DNA from: an archaeon
GTDB taxonomy: Archaea > Iainarchaeota > Iainarchaeia > Iainarchaeales > 1-14-0-10-31-34
Assembly (NCBI GenBank): GCA_024277355.1
Contig: JAJRVL010000001.1
Coordinates: 102,363-134,362 of the forward strand
DNA: 32,000 nucleotides
Reading direction: 5' to 3'
The first letter of the stretch is position 1. Every line of letters starts with the position of its first letter. The notes beneath the pieces are model-generated. The model was not told the DNA's origin. It searched no databases and saw only the letters and a program-made list of their open reading frames with translations. Of this stretch, positions 17,701-25,849 are shown one piece after another. The position numbers were made by a program, and so were the translations under genes.

Positions 17701-20700
17701 AACAGGTTTGGTGAAACAGAATTTTTAATCCCAGTATTAGAACCAAACACTAAAATTGAATTTATTGCAGAAAAATTTGAATTTGAAACAGCAGTAAAAC
17801 AAGTAATTTTATCAGAAAACGTTTTTGTTGTTGAACCTGAAACAATAAATGAAACTTTAAGCCAGAGAAATAACCCTGAAATAACAAAAGAAATTACAAT
17901 AAAAAATTTACTTGAAACAGACTTAAAAATAGAAAAAATAGAATTAATTAATGAAACAGGCTATTTTGAAGAGTTTATTGAAATGGGTTTAATAAATGCA
18001 GTATTTGATTCATTTAATGGTACAATAATTAATTCTTATCCACAGGAATTTAATGGACAATTATTTAAAGTAAAATTACAGTCAGGTTTACCTGAAGGTT
18101 ATACTAGTTCCGCTAAAGGAATAATGACAATAAAATTAAAGAATGAAAGATTTAATGCAAGTTATTCAAAAGACATTAAAGTAGAATTAAATTTAGGGCA
18201 AGGCCAAGCAATAAATAATGCTTCTTGTCTGGAAATAGAAAACGGAGAAGCAATTTTTTCAAGGCAGACAACTTCTAATCCTGTTCAATTATCTTATAAA
18301 ATAGTAAATAATTGTATTGATGATTCCGGAGCAGGAATTAAAGTAAGAAATTTAAAAGCAAAAATTGAATGGACAGACAAAAAAGGAACTGTTTCATTGC
18401 AGATGAAAGGAAGAACAGCAGACTTAAAGACAACTTTATTCACTGACTTTTCTTCAGTTGTAAATGAAAGAGAAGAAATGCTTGTTTTGCTTACTTATAC
18501 TCCTGATGCAGAATTAACCGGAGAAGAAGGACAAACCGAATTTAACGTAATAATTGAAGCAGAAATAAATACTTCTTCAGGAATACAAATAATTAGAACT
18601 AATCCGCCTTTAATTAAAGGAACAATTGGAAATGTTGAATTACTTGAATGCATTGTATTTGACCCTAAACCAAAAATTGGAACAATAATTGAATCTGGAA
18701 GCGAAGAAGCAAACTTTTCAATAACAAACAACTGTGGAATGGAAATAGAATTAAGGTTTTGTAAAGGAGACACAAGATGCACTGGGGGAACTGAAGGAGG
18801 AATAATAGTTAAACCAGATACAATAGTTTCTTCATTAAAGATTGGAACAGGAAATAATAATGCAGAACAAGTAACAGTCAAAAGAACAAGTATTCCTGGA
18901 ATTTATGGAATAACAATTGAAGCAAAAAATGCAGGGGAAGCATGGAGAGAAATTTCAGTTTATGATGTTTTAGTTAAACCTAATGCAGGACATTATTTTA
19001 GTTTAGGAGATTATACAATTAAAGTCCCTGAAAAAAATAATCCGGATATAATTGAATTATATAATAACAGATTATTCACTAATGTTGATGTTGATGCAAG
19101 TGATTGTGTATGGGAAACAGCACAAGAAAAAAGTTTTGGAAGAAGCCTGCTTGAATTTGGCGGTTTAGCTTCAGGAGGAGCAGGCACTGCATTGCTTGTC
19201 ATGATGGCTTATAGCGGTCCTGCAGGATGGCTTACTGCAGGAATAGGCGCAGTAATTGGATTGGTTGTTTGTTTATTTGCCTGTTCTGACCCATGCGATG
19301 AAAGAACAACTGACACTTTACAGGATTACTTAATTAATTTAAGCGGAACAGGCGTTATTATGTCTAAAAGAAATTCTCCAAATCTTGCCGGAATTGAATT
19401 AACAATTAATGGAATTTCTACTGGTTACAGTTCTGAAGCAGCAATATTAGATTATACAAATGGCCCTCCAGGAAAAGAAACTCTTCCATTGACTTTTACT
19501 AAAATAACAGATTCATATAATAACATTAAGCCGACTTATGGAATTTTAACAATTAATGCAACAGAACATAATCAATTAACAGAATTAAATGTTCCAGAAA
19601 ATAATGATGACAGAGCAGGAGATTTAGTGCTTTATGGTTTGCCTGATAAATATTCAAATGGAAATGCAGATTATAATAATTTAACTGAAATTCAAAGAAA
19701 ATTCCATGTAAGAGCAATAACAAAAAGATTTATTGAAGAAATTCCTCCATTGCAGAGAAGTCTGGATTGTGTTAAACCAAACGGAGAAATTGGAGGAATA
19801 GGAGAACAAGCTTTACCTAAAATTAAATTAAACTGGGATTGGGATAAAATTGCATTTAATGAATGTGAAGAAGGAAACGAAAATTATATTTACTGTGATT
19901 CCTCTCAGTTTTCAGTAATGTTAAATAAAAGAATACACAAAATAGATGAATTTATGCAGAAAAACAATTTTAGTTTTTCATGTCCAGTAAATCCAGTAAC
20001 AGCAATAAATGAAGTACAATGGAATGCATCAAGAACAAACATAATTGAAAACGGAAAAATTGGAATAAAAGAAGTTCAAATTGAAACAAACAAGGAAACA
20101 GGAATAACAACAGTTTTAGCAGTAATAGAAAATAAAACAAGTGTTTCAATGAATTTAAATCCAGAAATAAATATTACTATTCCTGAAGGAATTGAATTTA
20201 CAGGAGAAAGTTCTTGTGTTACTTCAACAGGGAATATTGCATCAAACTCAACAAAAGAAGTTTCATGTGAATTTGAATTACCTGAAACAAATGAATTATA
20301 TAAAATAGAAATAAAACATATTTCCAAAACAGACTTTGATGCTTTAAGTGAAGAAGAACAAGGAAAATACAATCAAAACATATTCAATATAAATTACAGA
20401 TTAAATCAAATAAGTTCATGTTGGGCTGGAACAACAACAGGAATTTATTCAGGTTTATTTTCATTAAACCTTTATTTAAATAAATTAGATCCAAAATTTG
20501 GAGAATATGTAACTCAAAACGAAGTAAGAATTAATGGGCATTCAGTCCAGACTGACAGTCAGGAAATAATTAATGTAATAAAAGAAATCAAAAAATTAAG
20601 TCATTTTAATGTTTATATGATGAAAGATGGATTTAGTGAAGACTTTAAACAAGACTTTGCAGATTATTATGAAAACACTGCTTTTTTGGAAGGAGCAACA

Positions 20701-21852
20701 TGGTTTACTGATTCAGATTCAACAACAAAAAACAATGAATTAGCTGAATATTATAAACAAGGATTAATTTCATTTAACAGAAAATACTTAAATCAAGAAC
20801 AATTTGAATTGCCTGAACCAGGATTATATAGAGTTGATTTAAGCATTGATTACACTGGAGATAAATGGAATTTATTTGATTCAGAAGGAAACCCTAAAGC
20901 TAAAATAAAAGTTGAATTTACAAGATTACCTTCACCGACTCCAAACTCAATTTTTTATTATTTACCGTTTGACGGAAAAATAGGAGAAGAAAATTTCGCT
21001 TATCACAGAATAGGTTATGGAACAGGATACACTAATTTAAGGGAAGAACAATTAAAGATTAATTCTCAGACAATTCTTTCTTCAAGTCAGGCTTCAAGTA
21101 ATCCATTAAATGAAATGACAATAGAAAAAAGCGATTTATTAACTGAAATGAATTCAGAAGAAGAAACAAGAGGAAGCATTTTGAATTTAAATTATAATGG
21201 AGATGAACTAAACTTAAAGTTTTATCCTTCAAAAGCAACTCCAGTTGCATTAAAAATGCACCATGTGCAGACAACAGAAAATGATGAATTTAGTTATTAT
21301 TATGGAATGCAGGAATCAAATTTGCCTGTGACTGCAGGAAACAGATTAGCTTTTTGGAAAGGAATGGGTTCCTGCAGGGACTTTGAAGGAAAGTTTGTTC
21401 AGCAATACAAACAATGGGATTCAAAATATTCAAGTGAATCACAAAACTTATATGAAGTCAACTGGAATAATGCAATTAAAGGAGGCTCAACTTATTTGAA
21501 AACCGTGTTATATACTCCAATTGAAAGAAATATTTCATTAAAGGTTAATGAAACAGGTTCACTGCAAAATTCAAGTTTATTTACTTCAAATGAAGAAAAT
21601 TCTCCTTTGGTTTCATTAAATGGAATAAGCGGAATGGAATTTAATAACGCAAATCAGGGAACTTCAAGTTATTTGCAGAATATTGAAAATGTATTTGAAT
21701 TAGTTAGAAATGGAAATGCATGCATTTCACAAAATGATGTTTCAATGAATATTTACTGGAATGAAGCAGAATTATTCAGAACACAAGGATTAACTAAAAG
21801 TCTAAACGAATTAGAAGATTCATTGATTGCGGGAACAAACTGCATTGGATGA
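14746..21852 (+). CDS. Giant N-terminally anchored surface protein, paralog 3 (2368 aa), TTG start
   Basis: MGLKDIYYSIEDKYYSLIEKTPLTKITDKIDSIVPSFAVLIALIILISGFLVLPFF N-terminus, then Ig/carboxypeptidase-regulatory-like repeats, an internal Gly-rich hydrophobic segment and the shared C-terminal module. AGAAGGG-like RBS upstream of the TTG. Confidence 0.9.
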   Translation: MGLKDIYYSIEDKYYSLIEKTPLTKITDKIDSIVPSFAVLIALIILISGFLVLPFFGGEEYSFTVTIKDEQGKKLEGIKVNVFIGEEKQVLTTDSEGKISLKAKKDLKIKIEIDNKKYEFIEKQFNLTENELSFEVELKKIEAEPAEANLKFTDKSGKYITGKEITVNLSCSNSSIKPSPSTVKDSDKDGEIKINIPKGCGKLVINSVEVEGYENWFGTINSAVETIKLNAIFLGQALGDLKVIVENSNGELLDDIKVSLMKGNSKIDQKYTVDGTAEFTGIEIGFYDLKLEDEKNGFEPKRVYSVEIENEKINERTVEMQPTKKGTLKINILDKETNSKIKNSEVIIENELGEIIGERNTGETGNTIEFGLYSTEKLIIKARAEKYLPEKTEINPETQKEVEIKLEKITAENSGKLKIILVDEDKKNIANARVMLKDEDGSLLTEYPEKFSDAEGIVEYTGIKKGIYFAYAEKYPASGLSDSFEIKLTEKTEIELKLIIGTAKIELQTITKDGEFIPNTRVKVKSIDEEKTYTLNSEGKTTLEIKADKRVFFEFFDSKNVYSKYTTKEYQLLPKNYFITATMPEQNLGENLWIELKGVYLNDTKQTILAGGKKYKAVLELFVPENESYEEAGIHFRTGEDENPFIENDLVWIEKINVSNASKIKGTTWNPKKGQQTDFDSDNSASSNAKAKWTNILWNNVEPGVYEAEIELRIREGTGDKEKVSLSFRAWGKGRNYYYFPADNELGSSSSTTTKQGLYAETFQKEFNTEEEVPVCMENNLCLSKQRLEDKTKEPFIIQKKLPFEAGANGNYEYSFKIVNNSQSIYDEPELWIELIDATGNLTEEAEISYYEIKTSEGNSKTKEVNSNETQGISLGLYGRQSVIEGIIGIKTKNTGNTFVNLKIFEKVNNGSNKIFDNEKKTEIKIKSGKALEIELMPELIPAFAETPATIIIKDLDGIEVEQARVKLNVIEEGNRKITIEEKQTNRFGETEFLIPVLEPNTKIEFIAEKFEFETAVKQVILSENVFVVEPETINETLSQRNNPEITKEITIKNLLETDLKIEKIELINETGYFEEFIEMGLINAVFDSFNGTIINSYPQEFNGQLFKVKLQSGLPEGYTSSAKGIMTIKLKNERFNASYSKDIKVELNLGQGQAINNASCLEIENGEAIFSRQTTSNPVQLSYKIVNNCIDDSGAGIKVRNLKAKIEWTDKKGTVSLQMKGRTADLKTTLFTDFSSVVNEREEMLVLLTYTPDAELTGEEGQTEFNVIIEAEINTSSGIQIIRTNPPLIKGTIGNVELLECIVFDPKPKIGTIIESGSEEANFSITNNCGMEIELRFCKGDTRCTGGTEGGIIVKPDTIVSSLKIGTGNNNAEQVTVKRTSIPGIYGITIEAKNAGEAWREISVYDVLVKPNAGHYFSLGDYTIKVPEKNNPDIIELYNNRLFTNVDVDASDCVWETAQEKSFGRSLLEFGGLASGGAGTALLVMMAYSGPAGWLTAGIGAVIGLVVCLFACSDPCDERTTDTLQDYLINLSGTGVIMSKRNSPNLAGIELTINGISTGYSSEAAILDYTNGPPGKETLPLTFTKITDSYNNIKPTYGILTINATEHNQLTELNVPENNDDRAGDLVLYGLPDKYSNGNADYNNLTEIQRKFHVRAITKRFIEEIPPLQRSLDCVKPNGEIGGIGEQALPKIKLNWDWDKIAFNECEEGNENYIYCDSSQFSVMLNKRIHKIDEFMQKNNFSFSCPVNPVTAINEVQWNASRTNIIENGKIGIKEVQIETNKETGITTVLAVIENKTSVSMNLNPEINITIPEGIEFTGESSCVTSTGNIASNSTKEVSCEFELPETNELYKIEIKHISKTDFDALSEEEQGKYNQNIFNINYRLNQISSCWAGTTTGIYSGLFSLNLYLNKLDPKFGEYVTQNEVRINGHSVQTDSQEIINVIKEIKKLSHFNVYMMKDGFSEDFKQDFADYYENTAFLEGATWFTDSDSTTKNNELAEYYKQGLISFNRKYLNQEQFELPEPGLYRVDLSIDYTGDKWNLFDSEGNPKAKIKVEFTRLPSPTPNSIFYYLPFDGKIGEENFAYHRIGYGTGYTNLREEQLKINSQTILSSSQASSNPLNEMTIEKSDLLTEMNSEEETRGSILNLNYNGDELNLKFYPSKATPVALKMHHVQTTENDEFSYYYGMQESNLPVTAGNRLAFWKGMGSCRDFEGKFVQQYKQWDSKYSSESQNLYEVNWNNAIKGGSTYLKTVLYTPIERNISLKVNETGSLQNSSLFTSNEENSPLVSLNGISGMEFNNANQGTSSYLQNIENVFELVRNGNACISQNDVSMNIYWNEAELFRTQGLTKSLNELEDSLIAGTNCIG

Positions 21853-21876
21853 AAGCAAAACATTAAAACCAAATTA

Positions 21877-21884
21877 TTTTAAAC
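21877..21884 (+). promoter_or_regulatory. TTTTAAAC box, 30 nt upstream of the ATG at 21907
   Basis: Same octamer and same spacing as at 29703 and 31166. Confidence 0.5.
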
Positions 21885-21906
21885 TACAAAAAACATTATT
21901 TAATTT

Positions 21907-22236
21907 ATGTTTCCTGAATTAAGTTTTCTTTTTATTGGCGAATTTATTTCAGACATCGGTTTTGCATTAAAAATTTTTGTTTTAATTGCAATTGTTTCTT
22001 TTATTAAAAGTCATTTAGGTTCAGGGCCTTTTGCAGTAATTTTAATGGGTTTAACTGCTTATTTTGTTTTGTTTGATCAATGGAAATTATTTGGCGGAAT
22101 TTATGTGTTATATGTATTGTTTTTGTTTGGAGTAGGGCATTTAATGGTGGATTTCTTTTTTGTTGCACAGCATGCTCCTGGAGATGAAATGAGCCATATT
22201 CCAAGCCATAATATGCCTAAAGGAAGGATGCATTAA
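21907..22236 (+). CDS. Small multi-TM membrane protein with His/Met-rich C-terminal tail (109 aa)
   Basis: Hydrophobic helices ALKIFVLIAIVSFI, GPFAVILMGLTAYFVLF, GIYVLYVLFLFGVGHLMVDFFF; tail QHAPGDEMSHIPSHNMPKGRMH. Starts an apparent operon. Confidence 0.75.
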   Translation: MFPELSFLFIGEFISDIGFALKIFVLIAIVSFIKSHLGSGPFAVILMGLTAYFVLFDQWKLFGGIYVLYVLFLFGVGHLMVDFFFVAQHAPGDEMSHIPSHNMPKGRMH

Positions 22237-22237
22237 A

Positions 22238-22570
22238 ATGAATGAAAAAGGCGGATTAATTCTGATTATTTTTGGCTTATTTGTCATTGTAGGCTTATTG
22301 CCTTGGATTTTAATGAGCATAGTCCCGCAAGCAAAAATATTAATTCAATTAATCCTTGTTTTTGCGATTTATACTGCAGTAAGAGGCTATCTTGGATCTG
22401 GAACTTTAACTTTAATTATTTCAGGAGTATTAATTTACATTTTAGTAATAAAATATGCTGCATTTTCTTCTGCTGCTTATATGTATATGGTTGTTGTTCA
22501 GGTTGGAGTCAGTTCAATGCTTATCTGGGGAACAAATTTCTTTTTAATTAAGTTTGGGAGAAAACATTAA
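22238..22570 (+). CDS. Small multi-TM membrane protein (110 aa)
   Basis: Starts right after the previous stop. GGLILIIFGLFVIVGLLPWIL...LIQLILVFAIYTAVRGYLGSGTLTLIISGVLIYILVIKY. Confidence 0.75.
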   Translation: MNEKGGLILIIFGLFVIVGLLPWILMSIVPQAKILIQLILVFAIYTAVRGYLGSGTLTLIISGVLIYILVIKYAAFSSAAYMYMVVVQVGVSSMLIWGTNFFLIKFGRKH

Positions 22571-22581
22571 AGAGTGATAAA

Positions 22582-22833
22582 ATGGATTTAATGGTTTTTT
22601 CTGCTTTGGCTTTGGATTTAGAAATAGTTTTATCATTATTTTTTCTTGTATGGGTTTATGCTTGGGCAAAAGGAAAATTAGGCAGTCCAAAACTGGCAAT
22701 AATTTTTGCAGCAATAATTGTTTATTTGACTGTATCACAACACAGAGAATTAATCTGGTTAGGAGTGTTATTATTCTTATTAGCAACATTTGGAAAAGAA
22801 TTACTTGAAAAATTTAAGATTTATGGTGAATAA
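22582..22833 (+). CDS. Small multi-TM membrane protein (83 aa)
   Basis: WVYAWAKGKLGSPKLAIIFAAIIVYLTVSQHRELIWLGVLLFLLATFGKELLEKF; tight gene spacing. Confidence 0.75.
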   Translation: MDLMVFSALALDLEIVLSLFFLVWVYAWAKGKLGSPKLAIIFAAIIVYLTVSQHRELIWLGVLLFLLATFGKELLEKFKIYGE

Positions 22834-23142
22834 ATGGATTTATTTAATTTAATTTTAGCAGTAATTTTTTTAATGATGGCCACGCAATGGGGCGAACCCT
22901 GGCTGATTGTGGGTTTATTATTAATTTTAGTTGTAGCAATGAAAGACTTTAAGTCAACAATAATTCTTTTTGTTGCAGCAATAGCATTATTTTTAATAAA
23001 AGACAATTTACAGGAATATGCTTTATTTGTAATAATTGGATTAATTTTATTAGCATTAATTTTAGGCAAAAAAACAGAAGAAGGGGGCCAATCCGAAATG
23101 TTTAATCCAGGAGGATTAGGCGGATTAATGGAAGGAATGTAA
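22834..23142 (+). CDS. Small multi-TM membrane protein (102 aa) with Gly/Met-rich tail
   Basis: Start codon directly abuts the preceding stop (TAA|ATG at 22831-22836). GEPWLIVGLLLILVVAMKDFKSTIILFVAAIALFLI...FNPGGLGGLMEGM. Confidence 0.75.
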   Translation: MDLFNLILAVIFLMMATQWGEPWLIVGLLLILVVAMKDFKSTIILFVAAIALFLIKDNLQEYALFVIIGLILLALILGKKTEEGGQSEMFNPGGLGGLMEGM

Positions 23143-23144
23143 AA

Positions 23145-23516
23145 ATGAAATTAAGTTATTTACTTGTATTAGTTTTATTTTTCTTTTATTTTTATTTTAA
23201 TGGACCTTATTTTATTGCTTGGATTATTGGAATACTTATTTTATTAATTGTAATTTCAAATCTTTTTTCTTCTACAACCGGAATTGCAAAAGCAACAGGA
23301 AAAGAATTACTCAGAGATGTTGAGTCAGACATGGAAAAAGCTAATCCTACAACTCCAAATAAAGAATACTTAAAAGAAATAATAAAAGAAACCGGAAGGA
23401 AAACAGGAGAAGCATTAGCTCCTGAAAATTACACTTATAAAAACAAAAATCTTTGGGAAAAAATAGGGCAGGGAACAAAAAATTTCTTTAATGGGTTAAA
23501 AAAAATATTTGAATAA
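23145..23516 (+). CDS. Membrane-anchored small protein (123 aa): two N-terminal TMs and a soluble C-terminus
   Basis: MKLSYLLVLVLFFFYFYFNGPYFIAWIIGILILLIVISNLF, then a polar Lys/Glu-rich region. 2-nt gap from the previous ORF. Confidence 0.75.
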   Translation: MKLSYLLVLVLFFFYFYFNGPYFIAWIIGILILLIVISNLFSSTTGIAKATGKELLRDVESDMEKANPTTPNKEYLKEIIKETGRKTGEALAPENYTYKNKNLWEKIGQGTKNFFNGLKKIFE

Positions 23517-23548
23517 AAACCTTTTTAGAAAAAAGCTTTACCAAAAAC

Positions 23549-23565
23549 AACTTTTAAAAAAAGTT
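23549..23565. terminator. Possible hairpin/bidirectional terminator in the convergent intergenic region
   Basis: AACTTTT-AAA-AAAAGTT inverted repeat followed by TTTT, between convergent genes ending at 23516 (+) and 23599 (-). Weak AT-only stem. Confidence 0.3.
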
Positions 23566-23598
23566 TTATCAAAAAATGGCGAGTTTGATTAAAAACAG

Positions 23599-24186
23599 TT
23601 ATTTTTTTGTTAAAAGTTTTCTTTCAGTTTCAAGGATTTTTTTCATAATGTCATGCATTGCATTAATTTTTGCTTTAAAATCCTTAAAATCATTTTTTAT
23701 TTCAGAAACATCTTTTTCTATAGCATTAATTTCTTTCTTTAATTCATTTAAAGAACCTGCATCAATTTTTCCATGAACTGAATCAATTTTTTTATGTAAT
23801 TCATTTAATTTGTCATCTTGTTCTTCAAGCTTTAAGTCAGTTGACTGTTGTTTTAATACATCAACTCCTTCTTTTTCAGCTAAATGTTCTTTAATTTTAT
23901 TTGATGTCTGTGTTATAACTGAATCAATATCATATTCTTGTATTGAAGGGGTTTCAGTTTCAGAAACTTTTTCATTTATTACTGCTTCTTTTTCTGGAAT
24001 TTCTGCAATATTTTTTCCTGTTTCTTTCGGTTTTACTCCGGAAGTTCCTTTAGCAGTTAAAAGTAATTCTTCTGATTCTTGTTCAGTTAATCCTAAATCA
24101 CTTAAAGTACTTAGGATTATTTTATCTTCTATACCTGAATTAAGCATTTTTTTTATTGTTTTAATTACTACTTCTTTGTTAACCAT
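23599..24186 (-). CDS. Coiled-coil protein (195 aa)
   Basis: MVNKEVVIKTIKKMLNSGIEDKIILSTLSDLGLTEQESEELLLTAKG... (helical N-terminus), then heptad-like DDKLNELHKKIDSVHGKIDAGSLNELKKEINAIEKDVSEIKNDFKDFKAKINAMHDIMKKILE. Confidence 0.8.
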   Translation of the reverse strand: MVNKEVVIKTIKKMLNSGIEDKIILSTLSDLGLTEQESEELLLTAKGTSGVKPKETGKNIAEIPEKEAVINEKVSETETPSIQEYDIDSVITQTSNKIKEHLAEKEGVDVLKQQSTDLKLEEQDDKLNELHKKIDSVHGKIDAGSLNELKKEINAIEKDVSEIKNDFKDFKAKINAMHDIMKKILETERKLLTKK

Positions 24187-24303
24187 TAAACCACTTTAGC
24201 AATATAACTTTTTTTTTAAGAAAGATGTTTTTAAAGTATAATGTTATTTATAATATGAAGAACTTATTTATATTACTTTACAGAAAAAAAGATAGTTGAT
24301 TAG

Positions 24304-25803
24304 ATGGATTTTAGAGTAAGAAACGGGCCATGGGAACAAATTTTTTCAGGAAACATGGAAGGATTTGAAATAGAAATTCATTCAAATCCAAAAAGCTTAA
24401 TTTTAGTTACAGTAATAGAAAAAGAAAATGAAGAAATACAAGGAGCAGTAATAGAAATATATAAAGTGTTTTTTGCTGAAGGCAGCATTGAAGATTTTAT
24501 TGAAACTCTTCCAAAAGAAGCAACAGTTTTATTAAAACATGAACCAAAAGAAACACTAAAATTTATGTTATTAAGTTCATCTCCAAGTTATGTTAAATAT
24601 GAAGAAAATGTTTTTTGCGATGAAGCAGAAGATTTAATAGAAAAAATTAATACTTCAAGTTCAATGATGAAAGATTTTTCCAAAGCATATGACCTTCAAT
24701 TAACTGAATTAGATAAGTCTCCTGAAAGAATCAAAAGCTCCTTTTTTTCACAGTCATTAATTGCACCATTACTTATTCCAAAAGGAATGGAAAATAAAAA
24801 TTCAGCTGAATCAACTCTTCAAATAACAGGAAAAGGAACAGTAATGCTGGGTTTAACTAAAGCAAATACAATGATTAAAGAACCATTGGAATTAATGATG
24901 AAAACCACAATTTTTGGTTCAACTCCAAAAGACAGAAAACATGTAATTCATTTAATTGCAGAAGGAGCATTACTTGATAATACTCCTGTGTTGATTTTTG
25001 ACAGAGATAAATCTTTTATCGGCTTAAACAAGCCAAATCCAGATGAAAAAATATTGAAAGAGTATGGAATTGATTTAGAGCCAATGGGGTTTCCAATAAA
25101 GCATTTTACAAGAGAAGAATTTAACATTGACTTAAATTTAATCAGCATTAAAGGATTATTAGAATTAATTGGAATGAAAGAAGGCGAAGAACAAAATATT
25201 ATTTCAAAATTAATTAAAGACACAAAACCAAAATCAATAAAAGAATTAATTGAAGCAGCAAAAAAACTTCCTACAAGAGATGAATCAAAAATAACAAACA
25301 AATACCGTTCAATCAGAATACTAAGTTTAATTGACAACAAATACAAGGGATTATTTAACGGAGAAAACAACATAAAAGAAATAACTAAAAGTTCAGGAAA
25401 AACAATTGGAAGAGTAGGAATAATTCATTTAGAAGGATTAGATGAAACAGCTTTAAGTTTATTAATTCACAGCATGCTTAAAGGAATTTATTTAGAATAC
25501 AGTAAATCAAAACAAAAAATTAATTCAATGATTTTTTTGCCTGAAATAAAACCGATTCTTTACTCAAAAAACAACAGTATTATTACAAAAGAAATAATTG
25601 AATTATTAGACAAACTTAAATCAGTTGGAATTGGTTTTGCTTTAAGCTCAGACAGGCCAATTGACTTAAGAAAAGAAATAATGAAAATCTCTGAAGCAGA
25701 AATATTTTTAATTAACAGAAATGACGTTGGAGTAAAAGTAGCTAAAAGCAAACAATTCAGAATAAAATTAAATCCAACTTTAAGTGCCTGTGAAGAAAAA
25801 TAA
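24304..25803 (+). CDS. HerA/DUF87-like ATPase-fold protein with degenerate P-loop (499 aa)
   Basis: HerA-like strand order: TTIFGSTPKDRKHVIHLIAEGALLDNTPVLIFDRDKSFIGL, GFPIKHFTREEFNIDLNLISIKGLLELIGM, RVGIIHLEGLDETALSLLIHSMLKGIYLEYS, SVGIGFALSSDRPIDLRKEIMKISEAEIFLINRND. No intact GxxxxGK[S/T]. Confidence 0.65.
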   Translation: MDFRVRNGPWEQIFSGNMEGFEIEIHSNPKSLILVTVIEKENEEIQGAVIEIYKVFFAEGSIEDFIETLPKEATVLLKHEPKETLKFMLLSSSPSYVKYEENVFCDEAEDLIEKINTSSSMMKDFSKAYDLQLTELDKSPERIKSSFFSQSLIAPLLIPKGMENKNSAESTLQITGKGTVMLGLTKANTMIKEPLELMMKTTIFGSTPKDRKHVIHLIAEGALLDNTPVLIFDRDKSFIGLNKPNPDEKILKEYGIDLEPMGFPIKHFTREEFNIDLNLISIKGLLELIGMKEGEEQNIISKLIKDTKPKSIKELIEAAKKLPTRDESKITNKYRSIRILSLIDNKYKGLFNGENNIKEITKSSGKTIGRVGIIHLEGLDETALSLLIHSMLKGIYLEYSKSKQKINSMIFLPEIKPILYSKNNSIITKEIIELLDKLKSVGIGFALSSDRPIDLRKEIMKISEAEIFLINRNDVGVKVAKSKQFRIKLNPTLSACEEK

Positions 25804-25849
25804 TTAGTTATGTTTTTAGTTTAATTTTTTGGTTTTTCTTTTCTTCTTT

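Noticed and set aside
757-21852. DNA-level tandem repeats or a CRISPR array in the giant genes
   Set aside because: The repetition is at protein-domain level with heavy divergence; I saw no regularly spaced identical DNA repeats or unique-spacer pattern.
22303-22551. Overlapping + strand ORF MDFNEHSPASKNINSINPCFCDLYC...
   Set aside because: Lies entirely inside the 22238..22570 membrane protein gene in another frame, with no independent spacing or family support.
23810-24199. + strand ORF opposite the 195-aa coiled-coil gene
   Set aside because: Ser/Phe-rich shadow ORF; the minus-strand protein has a clear helical/coiled-coil pattern.
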